A stretch of DNA of 52,976 bases, from contig CAIRGA010000213.1 in NCBI GenBank assembly GCA_903877935.1, positions 1 through 52,976 on the forward strand, read 5' to 3'. The position numbers were made by a program, and so were the translations under genes. A model generated the notes under the pieces. The model was not told the origin of the DNA. It made no database searches and saw only the letters and a list, made by a program, of their open reading frames with translations. The stretch comes from an uncultured Hyphomicrobiales bacterium (lineage in GTDB: Bacteria > Pseudomonadota > Alphaproteobacteria > Rhizobiales > Beijerinckiaceae). Shown piece after piece: positions 1 to 9,925 of this stretch (position 1 is the stretch's first letter; the number at the start of each line of letters is the position of its first letter).

Positions 1-534
1 ACTCGATGGGGGCAGTCCAATTTGGGTGCCTTTGAAATGATTGGCGAGTTGGATGAGGGAGCGGGGCGCAATGATTTCGATATCATTTGATGCCCATGAG
101 GCCTCAGGCCCTGATGCATAAGGGCAAATCAGACCGTGCCCGCGTGCATTGGCGGCGATCGCGGTTGGCAGCACACCGATAACGGGCGAAATAGAACCGT
201 CGAGTCCTAACTCGCCTAAAACCGTAAACCCTTCAAGCGCATCTGCTGGGATCGCGCCGATTGCTGCCATTAAAGCAAGTGCAATGGGCAGGTCGAAATG
301 GCTGCCCTCTTTCGGCATATCCGCAGGCGCTAAATTGACGGTAATTCGCTTCATAGGCAGCGCCAAACCCGACGCAATAAGAGCAGAACGTACGCGCTCC
401 CGCGATTCACCCACGGCTTTGTCAGGTAATCCAACAATATTGAAAAGAACCTTGCCGGGGATGAGTTGCGCCTGCACGTCAACAGGCTTTGCTTCAATGC
501 CTTCAAAGGCAACAGTTGAAACGCGAGCGACCAT
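1..534 (-). CDS. YifB/ComM-family Mg-chelatase-like AAA+ ATPase, N-terminal part only (gene continues past the left edge)
   Basis: Absent from the ORF track because it is open at the window edge. Manual minus-strand translation from the ATG at complement 532-534 gives MVARVSTVAFEGIEAKPVDVQAQLIPGKVLFNIVGLPDKAVGESRERVRSALIASGLALPMKRITVNLAPADMPKEGSHFDLPIALALMAAIG..., typical of the ComM/YifB N-terminal domain. The plus-strand ORF 149-559 is its antisense shadow. Confidence 0.8.
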   Translation of the reverse strand, partial: MVARVSTVAFEGIEAKPVDVQAQLIPGKVLFNIVGLPDKAVGESRERVRSALIASGLALPMKRITVNLAPADMPKEGSHFDLPIALALMAAIGAIPADALEGFTVLGELGLDGSISPVIGVLPTAIAANARGHGLICPYASGPEASWASNDIEIIAPRSLIQLANHFKGTQIGLPPSS

Positions 535-649
535 CGTTAGATTGCCCGCGCCGTCATAAGTCGATTTTTTAAGGCAGGCTTTTTCTTTGTCATGACAGCG
601 CTCACAATAGCGCTATCCTGATCCGAAAGCCCCTGTCACATATGACAGC

Positions 650-3355
650 CTAGTCTATTGCAATCGATTTTAAGCGATAAAGCGCCTCGAGTGCTTCGCG
701 GGGCGTTAATTCGTCTGGATGAATTGCCGCTAGCGCCTCGCGCAGCCGATCGGGTTGATCCGGGATTCGTGTGTTTTGCGGTCGCGGCTGCACCAAGGCC
801 GAAAAAAGCGGTAAATCGTCGATCATCCGCGCTACGGGGGCTTGCCGGTCGGACGCTTCAAGTTCTGCCAAAATCGTAGTTGCCCGCTCAATAACCGAGC
901 GAGGCAGTCCTGCCAGCCGCGCGACCTGAATGCCATAGGAACGGTCAGCGGTACCAGGCACAACCTCGTGTAAAAAAATAACTTCGCCATGATGGTCAGT
1001 AACACGCATTGTCGCGTTGACGAGGCGATTTAGGCGCTTGGTTAGCGCGGTTAACTCATGAAAATGGGTCGCAAAAAGCGCGCGGCACCGATTGCCTTCA
1101 TGCAAATGTTCGATGGTTGCCCAGGCTATTGATAATCCATCGAACGTCGCTGTACCGCGGCCGATCTCGTCGAGAATAACAAGTGATCGTTCGCTGGCCT
1201 GATTGAGGATCGCAGCCGTTTCGATCATCTCGACCATGAAGGTGGAACGGCCGCGCGCCAAATCATCAGCCGCTCCGACGCGTGAAAAGAGCCGATCAAC
1301 AATACCTATGGTTGCGCGTTTCGCAGGTACATAAGCACCCGCTTGAGCAAGCACGGCCAATAAAGCGTTCTGACGTAAATACGTCGATTTACCTGCCATA
1401 TTCGGGCCAGTGATGATTTGTATTCGACCCGAAGGGGAGCCGTCGGGCGGCGATAAAACCGCATGATTGGCAACAAACGCCGCCCCTTGCCGCTTGAGGG
1501 CGGTTTCGACAACCGGGTGACGACCACTTTCAATATCAAAATCGAGCCCGTTTGTGAGGGTCGGGCGGATATACGATTGATCATCAGCAAGCTCTGCGAA
1601 CGCAGTAGAAACATCGATAATGGCTAACGCGTCTGCTGCTTGTTTAATCGCTTCCATTTGAGCAACGACCCGTTGAGACAGGTCTGCAAATATATCAAGT
1701 TCGAGCGCTAAGGCTTGGTCTGCGGCGGAGGCAATACGGCTATCAAGATCGGCCAGTTCCACGGTTGAAAACCGCATCGCGCCTTGCATGGTTTGACGGT
1801 GGATAAAGAGCGCGGAGTGGGGTGGCTGAAGAAATTGCTCGCCGGCAGCCTGAGGAACTTCGAGGAAATAGCCAAGAAAATTATTGTGCTTAATGCGGAG
1901 CGTTTTGGCCCCGGTCTGCTCAATGTAATTGGCTTGCAATGATGCTATTACCCGTCGGCTTTCGTCCCTTAAGCTGCGTATCTCATCGAGTGCGGTTGAG
2001 AAGCCAGCGCGAATGAAACCGCCATCGCGTTTGTTGAGCGGTAAGTCATCCGACAATGCATTGTGGAAATATGCAGCTAAATCAGAATTGAGTGCATCAA
2101 GAGCGTGCCCTGCCGTCCGAATTTCTAAAGGTGTTTCGTCATTGCCTTTGATTCTCGTTGAAACCGATTGAGCGAGGTGAAACGCATCTCGTAAGGCGGC
2201 GAGGTCACGCGGCCCGCCTCGGTCCATCGCTAATCGCGCTAGCGCACGTCCCATATCAGGTGTGGCTTTTAAAGCCGTGCGTAATTCGTGGCGTAAGGCG
2301 CGCCGATCGAGAAAAAAAGCAACAGAATCGTGCCTCGTTTGAATATCCTCAAGAATTGTCAATGGCCCGGCAATGCGCTCGGCAAGCAGACGGGCTCCGG
2401 GCGCGGTTACCGTGTAATCAATCGTCGCTAAAAGACTGCCTCGCCTTTCGCCGGATAGGGTACGCGTTAGTTCGAGATTAGCGCGGGTAGCCGCATCAAT
2501 CTGCATCGCCGCATTGGTCGTTTCCCGTGTAGGTGGTGACAAGGGCGGTCTAACACCCAGCTGGGTTCGCTCAATATAGGCCGTAATCGCAGCGGCTGCG
2601 GCCAGTTCGGCTTTAGAAAATGTACCAAAGCCTGCTAGCGAAGCGACCGAAAAAAAGGATGATAGGCGCCGCTCGGCCGACATCGCATCAAAGCCATCGC
2701 GAGCCATTGGCGTTACAGCAGCCGGCATATCGCGGTAGAGCGTTTTGAGCGGGCCGGGCTCGTCAATCAACGTATCGGGCAACAGAATTTCGCGCGGCTC
2801 AAGACGGGCGATTTCAGCGAGCAGGGAGGCTTCTTCCGTCTCCGTTACGCGAAATTTTCCGGTTGAAATGTCGGCCGAGGCTAGGCCATAGCGCCAACTG
2901 CCATCGTCTTGCCGTGCACGCGCAACCGCGACCAGCAAATTGGCGCGCGAGGGATCAAGCAACCGATCCTCAGTAATCGTGCCGGGGGTTACGAGACGGG
3001 TCACATCGCGGCGGACAACCGATTTTGGTCCACGCTTTTTAGCTTCCGCCGGATCTTCCATCTGCTCGCAGACGGCAACGCGATGACCCGCCGCGATCAA
3101 GCGCTGGAGATATTCATCGGCGCGCTCCACCGGTACGCCACACATCGGAATATCATTGCCCTGATGCTTACCGCGTTTGGTCAGCACAATGCCCAGCGTG
3201 CGGGAGGCAATTTCCGCATCCTCGAAAAACAGTTCGTAAAAATCGCCCATCCGGTAGAACAACAGCGAATCCGGGTTTGCACCCTTGATTTCGATAAACT
3301 GCGCCATCATCGGCGTCGGGCGGTCTTCAGATGCGGTGTCTGGGGTGCGGTTCAT
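650..3355 (-). CDS. mutS: DNA mismatch repair protein MutS
   Basis: 913-aa ORF with [11 protein letters not shown]...[13 protein letters not shown]-terminus, Walker [10 protein letters not shown] and the MutS C-terminal region. I place the start at the internal MNRTPDT Met (complement 3353-3355) rather than the ORF maximum at 3391. Confidence 0.96.
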   Translation of the reverse strand: MNRTPDTASEDRPTPMMAQFIEIKGANPDSLLFYRMGDFYELFFEDAEIASRTLGIVLTKRGKHQGNDIPMCGVPVERADEYLQRLIAAGHRVAVCEQMEDPAEAKKRGPKSVVRRDVTRLVTPGTITEDRLLDPSRANLLVAVARARQDDGSWRYGLASADISTGKFRVTETEEASLLAEIARLEPREILLPDTLIDEPGPLKTLYRDMPAAVTPMARDGFDAMSAERRLSSFFSVASLAGFGTFSKAELAAAAAITAYIERTQLGVRPPLSPPTRETTNAAMQIDAATRANLELTRTLSGERRGSLLATIDYTVTAPGARLLAERIAGPLTILEDIQTRHDSVAFFLDRRALRHELRTALKATPDMGRALARLAMDRGGPRDLAALRDAFHLAQSVSTRIKGNDETPLEIRTAGHALDALNSDLAAYFHNALSDDLPLNKRDGGFIRAGFSTALDEIRSLRDESRRVIASLQANYIEQTGAKTLRIKHNNFLGYFLEVPQAAGEQFLQPPHSALFIHRQTMQGAMRFSTVELADLDSRIASAADQALALELDIFADLSQRVVAQMEAIKQAADALAIIDVSTAFAELADDQSYIRPTLTNGLDFDIESGRHPVVETALKRQGAAFVANHAVLSPPDGSPSGRIQIITGPNMAGKSTYLRQNALLAVLAQAGAYVPAKRATIGIVDRLFSRVGAADDLARGRSTFMVEMIETAAILNQASERSLVILDEIGRGTATFDGLSIAWATIEHLHEGNRCRALFATHFHELTALTKRLNRLVNATMRVTDHHGEVIFLHEVVPGTADRSYGIQVARLAGLPRSVIERATTILAELEASDRQAPVARMIDDLPLFSALVQPRPQNTRIPDQPDRLREALAAIHPDELTPREALEALYRLKSIAID

Positions 3356-3505
3356 GACCGCTACGCTAGCAAAGGCAAGCCGCGAACTCACGCCTTAAAG
3401 CGGAGTTATCCGACATTTTATCCTCTACGACGGAAGGATTGTTGAGCTTCTGTCCTTCCCGCCCTAAGGTTGGGGGCAACACAATGCAAAGTGGGGGAAA
3501 TAGGC

Positions 3506-5794
3506 ATGGCTGACGGCAAACCGACCAAGCGGACGCGTCCGACGATTTCCGACAAGGAAGCGCTTGATTTCCACTCGATGGGACGCCCCGGCAAAATCGA
3601 GATTGTCCCCACCAAGCCCATGGCCACCCAGCGTGATTTGTCGCTGGCCTATTCACCCGGCGTCGCGGTTCCTGTCAAAGCCATCGCTGAAAACCCGGCC
3701 CTTGCCTATGAATATACCGCCAAGGGCAATCTCGTGGCCGTTATTTCGAACGGCACCGCCATTTTGGGCTTGGGCAATCTTGGCGCGCTTGCCTCCAAAC
3801 CCGTGATGGAAGGCAAGGCGGTGTTGTTCAAGCGCTTCGCCGATGTTGATTCGATTGATTTGGAAGTCGATACAGAAGATCCCGAGCAATTTATCAGTGC
3901 CGTGCGCTATTTGGGGCCGTCTTTTGGCGGGATTAATCTTGAGGATATCAAAGCGCCCGAATGCTTCATCATCGAGGAAAAGCTCCGCGAATTGATGGAT
4001 ATTCCGGTTTTTCATGACGATCAGCACGGCACCGCCATCATTGCCGCTGCAGGCATCATGAACGCGATGAAGCTGACGGGGCGCAAACTTAAAACCACCA
4101 AACTCGTCTGTAATGGCGCGGGTGCCGCGGGTATCGCCTGCTTGGAGCTTATTAAAGCCATGGGCTTTGCGGCTGAAAATGTCATTCTCTGCGATACCAA
4201 AGGAGTGGTCTATCGCGGTCGTACCGAGGGGATGAATCAGTGGAAATCATCTCACGCTGTTGAGACCAAAGATCGTACCTTAGAAGACGCGATGCGCGGG
4301 GCCGATGTGTTTTTTGGCCTCTCCGCCAAAGGCGCGCTTTCTGCCGATATGGTGAAAAGCATGGCGCCTAACCCGATCATTTTCGCGATGGCCAATCCCG
4401 ATCCGGAAATCACGCCGGAAGAAGCCCACGCCGTGCGCGATGATGTGATCATCGCCACGGGCCGGTCGGATTACCCCAATCAAGTCAATAATGTCTTGGG
4501 TTTTCCCTATATTTTCCGGGGCGCGCTCGATGTGCGGGCCTCCACCATCAATATGGAAATGAAGATTGCAGCGGCCTATGCGCTGGCCGAACTCGCGCAA
4601 GAAGACGTGCCTGATGATGTCGCCGCCGCCTATCAAGGCGCCCGCCCGCGCTTTGGGCGGGATTACATTATTCCCGTTCCCTTCGACCCGCGCTTGATTC
4701 ACGTCATTCCACCGGCGGTTGCCAAAGCCGCAATGGAAACCGGCGTAGCACGCAAGCCGATTGAGGATATGGACGCCTATAAAGCTCAGCTTTCGGCGCG
4801 ACGCGATCCGGTTGCAGGCGCTTTACAACGCATTTTCGAGCGTGTTCGTCGCTACCCGAAGCGCGTTGTGTTTGCAGAAGGCGAGGAAGAACAAGTTATC
4901 CGTGCAGCGGTTTCTTTTGTCGCGCAGGGGCTTGGGACTGCCATTTTAGTCGGTCGCGAGGATCGCGTTCGCGAGCGCGCTGCGGCAGCGGGCATTGAGC
5001 TTGACGGCCGCGAGGGCATCGAAATCCACAATGCCAAACTCTCCAAGCGTAACCCCGCTTACGCGCAATATCTTTATGAGCGCTTGCAACGCAAAGGTTA
5101 TTTATTGCGCGATTGCCAGCGGCTGATCAATCAGGACCGAAATTATTTCGGCTCTGCTATGGTAGCCTTAGGCGATGCAGACGCGATGGTTACGGGTGCG
5201 ACGCGCAATTACTCTGTCGCGTTGAGCGATGTCCTGAATGTTATCGACGCCAAGCCCGGTCATCGCTTGATGGGCGCGTCTCTTGTACTGGCCCGGGGGC
5301 GTACTGTTGTTGTCGCTGATACCGCGATCACGGAATTACCCACCGCTGACCAGATTGCCGATATCGCCGTAGAGGCAGCAGGTGTCGCGCGGCGTTTGGG
5401 CTACGAGCCCCGGGTTGCTATGCTTGCTTACTCAACTTTTGGTCATCCGCAGGGCGAGCGCTCGGCGAAAGTCATTGAAGCAGTCAAATTGCTTGATAAA
5501 CGTCGTGTTGATTTCGAATATGACGGGGAAATGGCTGCCGACGTCGCACTCAATAAGGATGTAATGGCGCAATATCCGTTCTGCCGCTTGACCGATACGG
5601 CCAATGTTCTTGTCATGCCAGCCTTCCATGCCGCCTCGATTTCAACCAAAATGTTGCAAACGATCGGCGGTTCAACAGTCATTGGCCCACTACTGGTGGG
5701 TCTCGATCGGTCGGTGCAGATTATGCCGTTGGGAGCGAAAGATTCGGACATTGTGAATATGGCGGCACTGGCGGCATTTAATGTGGGCGGGTGA
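3506..5794 (+). CDS. maeB: NADP-dependent malic enzyme (malic enzyme domain fused to a phosphate-acetyltransferase-like C-domain)
   Basis: About 760 aa with DLSLAYSPGVA, GLGNLG and VCNGAGAAGIAC Rossmann motifs plus a long PTA-like C-terminus. The ATG at 3506 (MADGKPTKR) follows a GGGGGAAA ribosome-binding-like run. The gene is divergent from mutS. Confidence 0.94.
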   Translation: MADGKPTKRTRPTISDKEALDFHSMGRPGKIEIVPTKPMATQRDLSLAYSPGVAVPVKAIAENPALAYEYTAKGNLVAVISNGTAILGLGNLGALASKPVMEGKAVLFKRFADVDSIDLEVDTEDPEQFISAVRYLGPSFGGINLEDIKAPECFIIEEKLRELMDIPVFHDDQHGTAIIAAAGIMNAMKLTGRKLKTTKLVCNGAGAAGIACLELIKAMGFAAENVILCDTKGVVYRGRTEGMNQWKSSHAVETKDRTLEDAMRGADVFFGLSAKGALSADMVKSMAPNPIIFAMANPDPEITPEEAHAVRDDVIIATGRSDYPNQVNNVLGFPYIFRGALDVRASTINMEMKIAAAYALAELAQEDVPDDVAAAYQGARPRFGRDYIIPVPFDPRLIHVIPPAVAKAAMETGVARKPIEDMDAYKAQLSARRDPVAGALQRIFERVRRYPKRVVFAEGEEEQVIRAAVSFVAQGLGTAILVGREDRVRERAAAAGIELDGREGIEIHNAKLSKRNPAYAQYLYERLQRKGYLLRDCQRLINQDRNYFGSAMVALGDADAMVTGATRNYSVALSDVLNVIDAKPGHRLMGASLVLARGRTVVVADTAITELPTADQIADIAVEAAGVARRLGYEPRVAMLAYSTFGHPQGERSAKVIEAVKLLDKRRVDFEYDGEMAADVALNKDVMAQYPFCRLTDTANVLVMPAFHAASISTKMLQTIGGSTVIGPLLVGLDRSVQIMPLGAKDSDIVNMAALAAFNVGG

Positions 5795-5812
5795 GGGTAC
5801 ACCGCTCGGTCA

Positions 5813-6190
5813 TTACCGCTCTACCGGCGTCATCCACCCCATCGGCGCGCCGGTCGGGTCCTGAATAATTGCAATGCGGCCTACATCCGGCACGTCAAAT
5901 GGCGGACGGAGAATAACGCCGCCAGCGGCGATCAATGCCTCAAGCCGTTTATCGACATCGTCGACCGCCAAATAAGAAAACCAATGCGGCGGTGCGCCGG
6001 GTGGGGAGAACATTGAGAGCGGCACAATGCCCGCTTGCGGGATGCCATTGTTGAACGCGATCCAGTAATTCGGGTCGCCATTTGGCATGGTTGCAAAGGT
6101 CCAGCCGATGGTTGCGCCGAAAAAGGCCTTGGCCTTTTCAATATCGCCGGTATTCAATTCACTCCAGAAAAACGTGCCATGCTTGCTCAT
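5813..6190 (-). CDS. VOC (glyoxalase/bleomycin-resistance/dioxygenase) family protein
   Basis: 125 aa. FFWSELNTGD...AKAFFGATIGW...GRIAIIQDPTGAPMGW is a typical small VOC-fold protein. Confidence 0.75.
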   Translation of the reverse strand: MSKHGTFFWSELNTGDIEKAKAFFGATIGWTFATMPNGDPNYWIAFNNGIPQAGIVPLSMFSPPGAPPHWFSYLAVDDVDKRLEALIAAGGVILRPPFDVPDVGRIAIIQDPTGAPMGWMTPVER

Positions 6191-6276
6191 TGCCGAGTTC
6201 TCCAGATGGGTGAAGCTTGAGCTTCTCAGAAAGCCCTGTCACGATAAACCAACTAGAGGTTGTTTAGTTCGACAAA

Positions 6277-6720
6277 TTAATTACCTCGGCGTTCTAAAAA
6301 AAAGGCTTTCAGCAATTCGGCCGAATGGGTCTCGCTGATCCCGCCATACACTTCCGGCGCATGGTGGCAGGTGGGTTGGCTGAAAAAGCGCGGGCCATGG
6401 TCCACCGCGCCGCCTTTTTCGTCCGCCGCTCCATAATAAAGCCGCCGGATACGGGCAAACGAGATGGCCCCCGCGCACATCGCGCAGGGCTCTAAGGTGA
6501 CGTGTAAATCACAACCGATCAGCCGCTCGGAGCCGATTTTTTTTGCCGCCTCGCGGATAACAAGCAGCTCGGCATGCGCCGTCGGGTCCCGGTCGATGAG
6601 GGTGCGGTTTCCAGCGACGGCCAAGACTTCACCGTTCCGTACGATGACGGCTCCCACGGGAACTTCGCCTATTTTACCCGCATTTTCAGCCGCGACTAAC
6701 GCATGTTCCATCGGCGTCAT
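6277..6720 (-). CDS. tadA: tRNA adenosine(34) deaminase TadA
   Basis: Zinc-deaminase motifs HAELLVIREA and LEPCAMCAGAI. The conserved core starts at MTPMEHALVAAENAG (complement 6718-6720; alternative Met at 6735). The 249-aa ORF-track extension to 7026 is low-complexity and overlaps rluB, so I discard it. Confidence 0.9.
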   Translation of the reverse strand: MTPMEHALVAAENAGKIGEVPVGAVIVRNGEVLAVAGNRTLIDRDPTAHAELLVIREAAKKIGSERLIGCDLHVTLEPCAMCAGAISFARIRRLYYGAADEKGGAVDHGPRFFSQPTCHHAPEVYGGISETHSAELLKAFFLERRGN

Positions 6721-6788
6721 TGAATTTCGTTCCATTCTCTTATGATGCGAAGCTCGCAACCGTTGAAATACTCTGCTATCAGCGGCGC

Positions 6789-8807
6789 ATGAATGACAAA
6801 AGCAAAAATCGCGGTGGCGGCAAAGGTCGGCCACCGAGTGGTGGTGCCGGCCGTGGTCGCGGACCTGGCGCACGTGGTGACTCATCGACCCCTCGCGGGT
6901 TCCATAAAGCGCGCACTCCCGCGCCTCGTGGTCCATCGGGTGACGAGGAGGGGAAAAAGTCCTTCCGCCCTCGGCGGCCAGCGGAATCGCGCGGAGCGAG
7001 CGAAAATATGGGTGAAAAGCGCCCATTTAAGCCAAGAGGCGAGAAAAGCTTTGCCGATCGCCCTTCGGGCGAGCGTTCGTTTTCGTCCCGTTCACCGCGC
7101 GAGGCTGCGGGCGAGGGTAAACGTCCGTTTAAACCGAGAGCTGATCGGCCAGCGGGGGATAGACCTTATTCAGCCCGTCCGCCGCGTGAAAACACGAGTG
7201 ATGAAAAGCGTTCTTTCCGTCCTCACGGTGAACGCCCGACAGGCGATCGGCCTCGTAGCGAACGCCCCTATGGCGAAAGGTCTGGAAAGCCAAGCGGATT
7301 TCGGGGAAAGACACGTAGTTTCAGTGCGCCAAAGGCTAATCCGGGTGAGCGTATAGCGAAAGTCATGGCCCGGGTTGGTCTATGTTCTCGGCGTGACGCC
7401 GAGGAATGGATTTTGGCCGGCCGCGTTATGGTCAATGACGAGATCATCAAGAGCCCGGCCTTAGACGTGTTGCCGAATGATAATGTTTTGGTCGACGGCA
7501 CGCCTTTGCCGATGCGCGAACGGACTAGGCTTTTCTTGTATCATAAAGAGCGCGGCTTGGTGACAACAGCGCGCGATCCCGAAGGACGTCCGACCGTTTT
7601 CTCGCGCCTTCCTAAAAATCTACCACGCGTGATCACAATTGGACGTCTCGACATCAATACCGAGGGTCTATTATTGCTTACCAATGATGGCGGATTAGCC
7701 CGTATCATCGAATTGCCGGAAACCGGCTGGTTGCGCCGTTATCGCGTGCGTTGTTATGGCGAAATTTCGCAGCCTGTACTCGATAGTTTGCGCGGCGGCA
7801 TTACAGTTGAGGGCATGAATTACGGCCCAATCGAAGCAACGCTTGATCGTGAAAAAGGCGACAATGTCTGGCTGACTTTGGGGTTACGCGAAGGCAAAAA
7901 CCGCGAAGTTAAGCGCGTTCTGGAACATCTTGGTTTGCAGGTTAATCGGTTGATCCGTGTTTCCTTTGGCCCGTTCCAGCTGGGTGAGCTCGAAGAAGGT
8001 GCTGTTGAAGAAGTCAAAACAGGCTTTTTGCGCGATCAACTTGGGCCGACGCTCATTGCCGAATCCGGCGTTGATTTTGATGCCCCCATTTTCAATCATG
8101 AGCCAGAGCCAGAACCGGTCTTTGAACCCGTACGAGAACGCTATCAACGGCCAGAACGACAAGAACATAGCCATCGGTCCGAAGATCGTGATCAACGACG
8201 CGATAAGCCCGATCGCATGCGCAGCACGGGTCCGAGACGATCAGCACCTAAAGCAACTCGTTCGAGGGAAGAGAAGGTTGTTGCGGTGGAGTCCGATGGA
8301 CCAGTCCGGCCAAAATGGCGGCACCCAACCGAGCCTTTGCGAAGCATTTGGCGCGCTGACGATGCGGAGCAAAAGGCTTCGACGCGTTCGACACCTAAAA
8401 CACCACGTCGAGGTGCAGACCCTAAAGAAATACGTAACGAGAATGCCGAACGCGAACATCGTCGCTCCGGTAGCATCAAGACGCGTGGGGGCAAGTCTGT
8501 TCTGGTCGAAAAATTAGCTCCGTCGCGGCGTGAAGAAGCGGTGCGTGAAACCACGCCAAACCGACCCGAAAAAACGACCTTCAAACCACGCAGGCCGCGC
8601 GATGAGTCGTCGCCCCGAGATAGCGAATCCCGTCCGGAGCGCGGACCTCGTAAGTTTGGTGACAAACCGTCGGGTGGGCGTACATTTGGCGGTAAGCCAT
8701 CGGGCGATCGGCCGGCGACCGGACGCACCGATGGACGCAAGCCGTTTGGTGGGGGCAAGCCTTCCGGCGGTGCAGGCCGTGGTTCGCGTCCGCCACGGGC
8801 TCGTTAA
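6789..8807 (+). CDS. rluB: RluB-type 23S rRNA pseudouridine synthase with long Arg/Gly/Pro/Ser/Glu-rich N- and C-terminal extensions
   Basis: S4 domain (ERIAKVMARVGLCSRRDAEEWILAGRVMVN) and RsuA/RluB catalytic core (GRLDINTEGLLLLTNDG) in the centre of the ORF. I chose the start at MNDKSKNRGGG (6789). Both flanks are low-complexity. Confidence 0.85.
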   Translation: MNDKSKNRGGGKGRPPSGGAGRGRGPGARGDSSTPRGFHKARTPAPRGPSGDEEGKKSFRPRRPAESRGASENMGEKRPFKPRGEKSFADRPSGERSFSSRSPREAAGEGKRPFKPRADRPAGDRPYSARPPRENTSDEKRSFRPHGERPTGDRPRSERPYGERSGKPSGFRGKTRSFSAPKANPGERIAKVMARVGLCSRRDAEEWILAGRVMVNDEIIKSPALDVLPNDNVLVDGTPLPMRERTRLFLYHKERGLVTTARDPEGRPTVFSRLPKNLPRVITIGRLDINTEGLLLLTNDGGLARIIELPETGWLRRYRVRCYGEISQPVLDSLRGGITVEGMNYGPIEATLDREKGDNVWLTLGLREGKNREVKRVLEHLGLQVNRLIRVSFGPFQLGELEEGAVEEVKTGFLRDQLGPTLIAESGVDFDAPIFNHEPEPEPVFEPVRERYQRPERQEHSHRSEDRDQRRDKPDRMRSTGPRRSAPKATRSREEKVVAVESDGPVRPKWRHPTEPLRSIWRADDAEQKASTRSTPKTPRRGADPKEIRNENAEREHRRSGSIKTRGGKSVLVEKLAPSRREEAVRETTPNRPEKTTFKPRRPRDESSPRDSESRPERGPRKFGDKPSGGRTFGGKPSGDRPATGRTDGRKPFGGGKPSGGAGRGSRPPRAR

Positions 8808-8825
8808 GAGGCGGGGCGGCCGACA

Positions 8826-9410
8826 ATGCGGATAATCGCTGGACGATTTAAGGGTCGTTCGTTGCAGTCTCCCTCAGGCCTCGCGACACGGCCGACGTCG
8901 GATCGACTGCGTGAAACGCTCTTTAATGTCCTGTCGCATGGCTATGATGATCCCATCACTGGCGCCCGAGTTCTCGATCTCTTTGCAGGCACAGGGGCGC
9001 TCGGGCTCGAAGCGCTCTCTCGCGGAGCTGCCTTTGTCCAATTTGTTGAAGAAGCCGCAGAAGCGCGTGGACTCATCAAAGCAAATGTCGAAGCATTTGG
9101 TGTTGCCGGCATCACGAAGGTTTACCGACGGGACGCAACCTATATGGGGCCCGTTGCACCGGCAGAGCCGTTCTCACTTGTGTTTTGTGATCCACCTTAT
9201 GGCAAAGGACTAGCGGCTTTAGCCCTTGCATCTGCGCTGAAAGGTGGCTGGCTAACGCCGGATGCGCTTATCATCGTAGAAGAGCGAGCAGACCAGAATG
9301 ATATTTTGCCTGCAAGATTTGAAGTGATTGAAGAGCGCCACTATGGCGAGACAAAGCTTGTTTTCGCGAGACTTCCCCGTCCGTCCGACGCCACCGATGG
9401 TCTGAAATAA
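8826..9410 (+). CDS. rsmD: 16S rRNA (guanine966-N2)-methyltransferase RsmD
   Basis: MRIIAGRFKGRSL...TRPTSDRLRETLFN...LDLFAGTGALGLEALSRGA...CDPPYGKG are the canonical RsmD motifs. Confidence 0.9.
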   Translation: MRIIAGRFKGRSLQSPSGLATRPTSDRLRETLFNVLSHGYDDPITGARVLDLFAGTGALGLEALSRGAAFVQFVEEAAEARGLIKANVEAFGVAGITKVYRRDATYMGPVAPAEPFSLVFCDPPYGKGLAALALASALKGGWLTPDALIIVEERADQNDILPARFEVIEERHYGETKLVFARLPRPSDATDGLK

Positions 9411-9473
9411 GATATTATAGTTGGATGCATCGACTACGATTGAAATGGTAGCGTTCGCTTAAGGGGGCTTGAG

Positions 9474-9878
9474 ATGACTGATGCGGTAAAGCATTTGACG
9501 GGCGGATGCCTGTGTGGGGCGGTAAAATTCAAAGTTGACGCGCCAATGCGCGAGGTGATCGCCTGTCATTGCGGGCAATGTCGTAAAGCGACAGGAAATT
9601 TTTTTACAGCTACCAATGCTCCGGATCATACGGTTACTTTTATCGACGAAAGTGGGCTTACTTGGTTCAAATCCTCCGATAAGGCTGAACGCGGGTTTTG
9701 TCATGTTTGCGGAAGTAATCTGTTTTGGCGGTCGTTCGGCAGCTATACGATTTCGATTACTGCGGGGTCATTAGATGGTTCGACCGGGCTTCACATTCAG
9801 GAGCATATTTATGTTGCTGATAAGCCGGATTGGTACGAAATCACGGATGGCAAGCCGCAATTTGCAGTCTGGCGTTAG
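9474..9878 (+). CDS. GFA (glutathione-dependent formaldehyde-activating / CENP-V-like) family protein
   Basis: 134 aa with the Cys-rich zinc motifs GGCLCGAVKF, CHCGQCRK and CHVCGSNLFW. Confidence 0.85.
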   Translation: MTDAVKHLTGGCLCGAVKFKVDAPMREVIACHCGQCRKATGNFFTATNAPDHTVTFIDESGLTWFKSSDKAERGFCHVCGSNLFWRSFGSYTISITAGSLDGSTGLHIQEHIYVADKPDWYEITDGKPQFAVWR

Positions 9879-9925
9879 GATTTGTGCGTAAGCGCACCAT
9901 GAAGTTAGTTTGGATATAAGATCTT

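Noticed and set aside
149-559. 136-aa plus-strand ORF at the left edge
   Set aside because: It is Ala/Ser/Pro-rich with no family motifs and lies exactly antisense to a well-conserved ComM/YifB N-terminal reading frame that I translated by hand. I treat it as a shadow ORF.
535-649. Alphaproteobacterial SOS box (GTTC-N7-GTTC / GAAC-N7-GAAC) upstream of comM
   Set aside because: comM is SOS-regulated in some alphaproteobacteria, so I looked for the direct repeat. It is not present in this spacer.
1306-3445. Several 70-180-aa ORFs on both strands inside mutS (for example 2909-3445 +, 2158-2481 +, 1306-1614 -)
   Set aside because: All are embedded in or antisense to the continuous 900-aa MutS frame. 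Their composition is Arg/Ala-rich as expected from out-of-frame reading of a GC-rich gene.
6721-7026. N-terminal 100-aa extension of the tadA ORF (ORF track 6277-7026)
   Set aside because: The extension is His/Arg/Ser-rich low complexity and overlaps the rluB coding start on the other strand. Conserved TadA sequence begins at MTPMEH (6720).
6793-8758. Long alternative-frame ORFs within rluB (6793-7356 +, 7957-8517 +, 8192-8758 -, 8530-8835 +)
   Set aside because: They coincide with the repetitive GC-rich low-complexity tails of rluB, where stop codons are rare in all frames. None has a recognisable domain.
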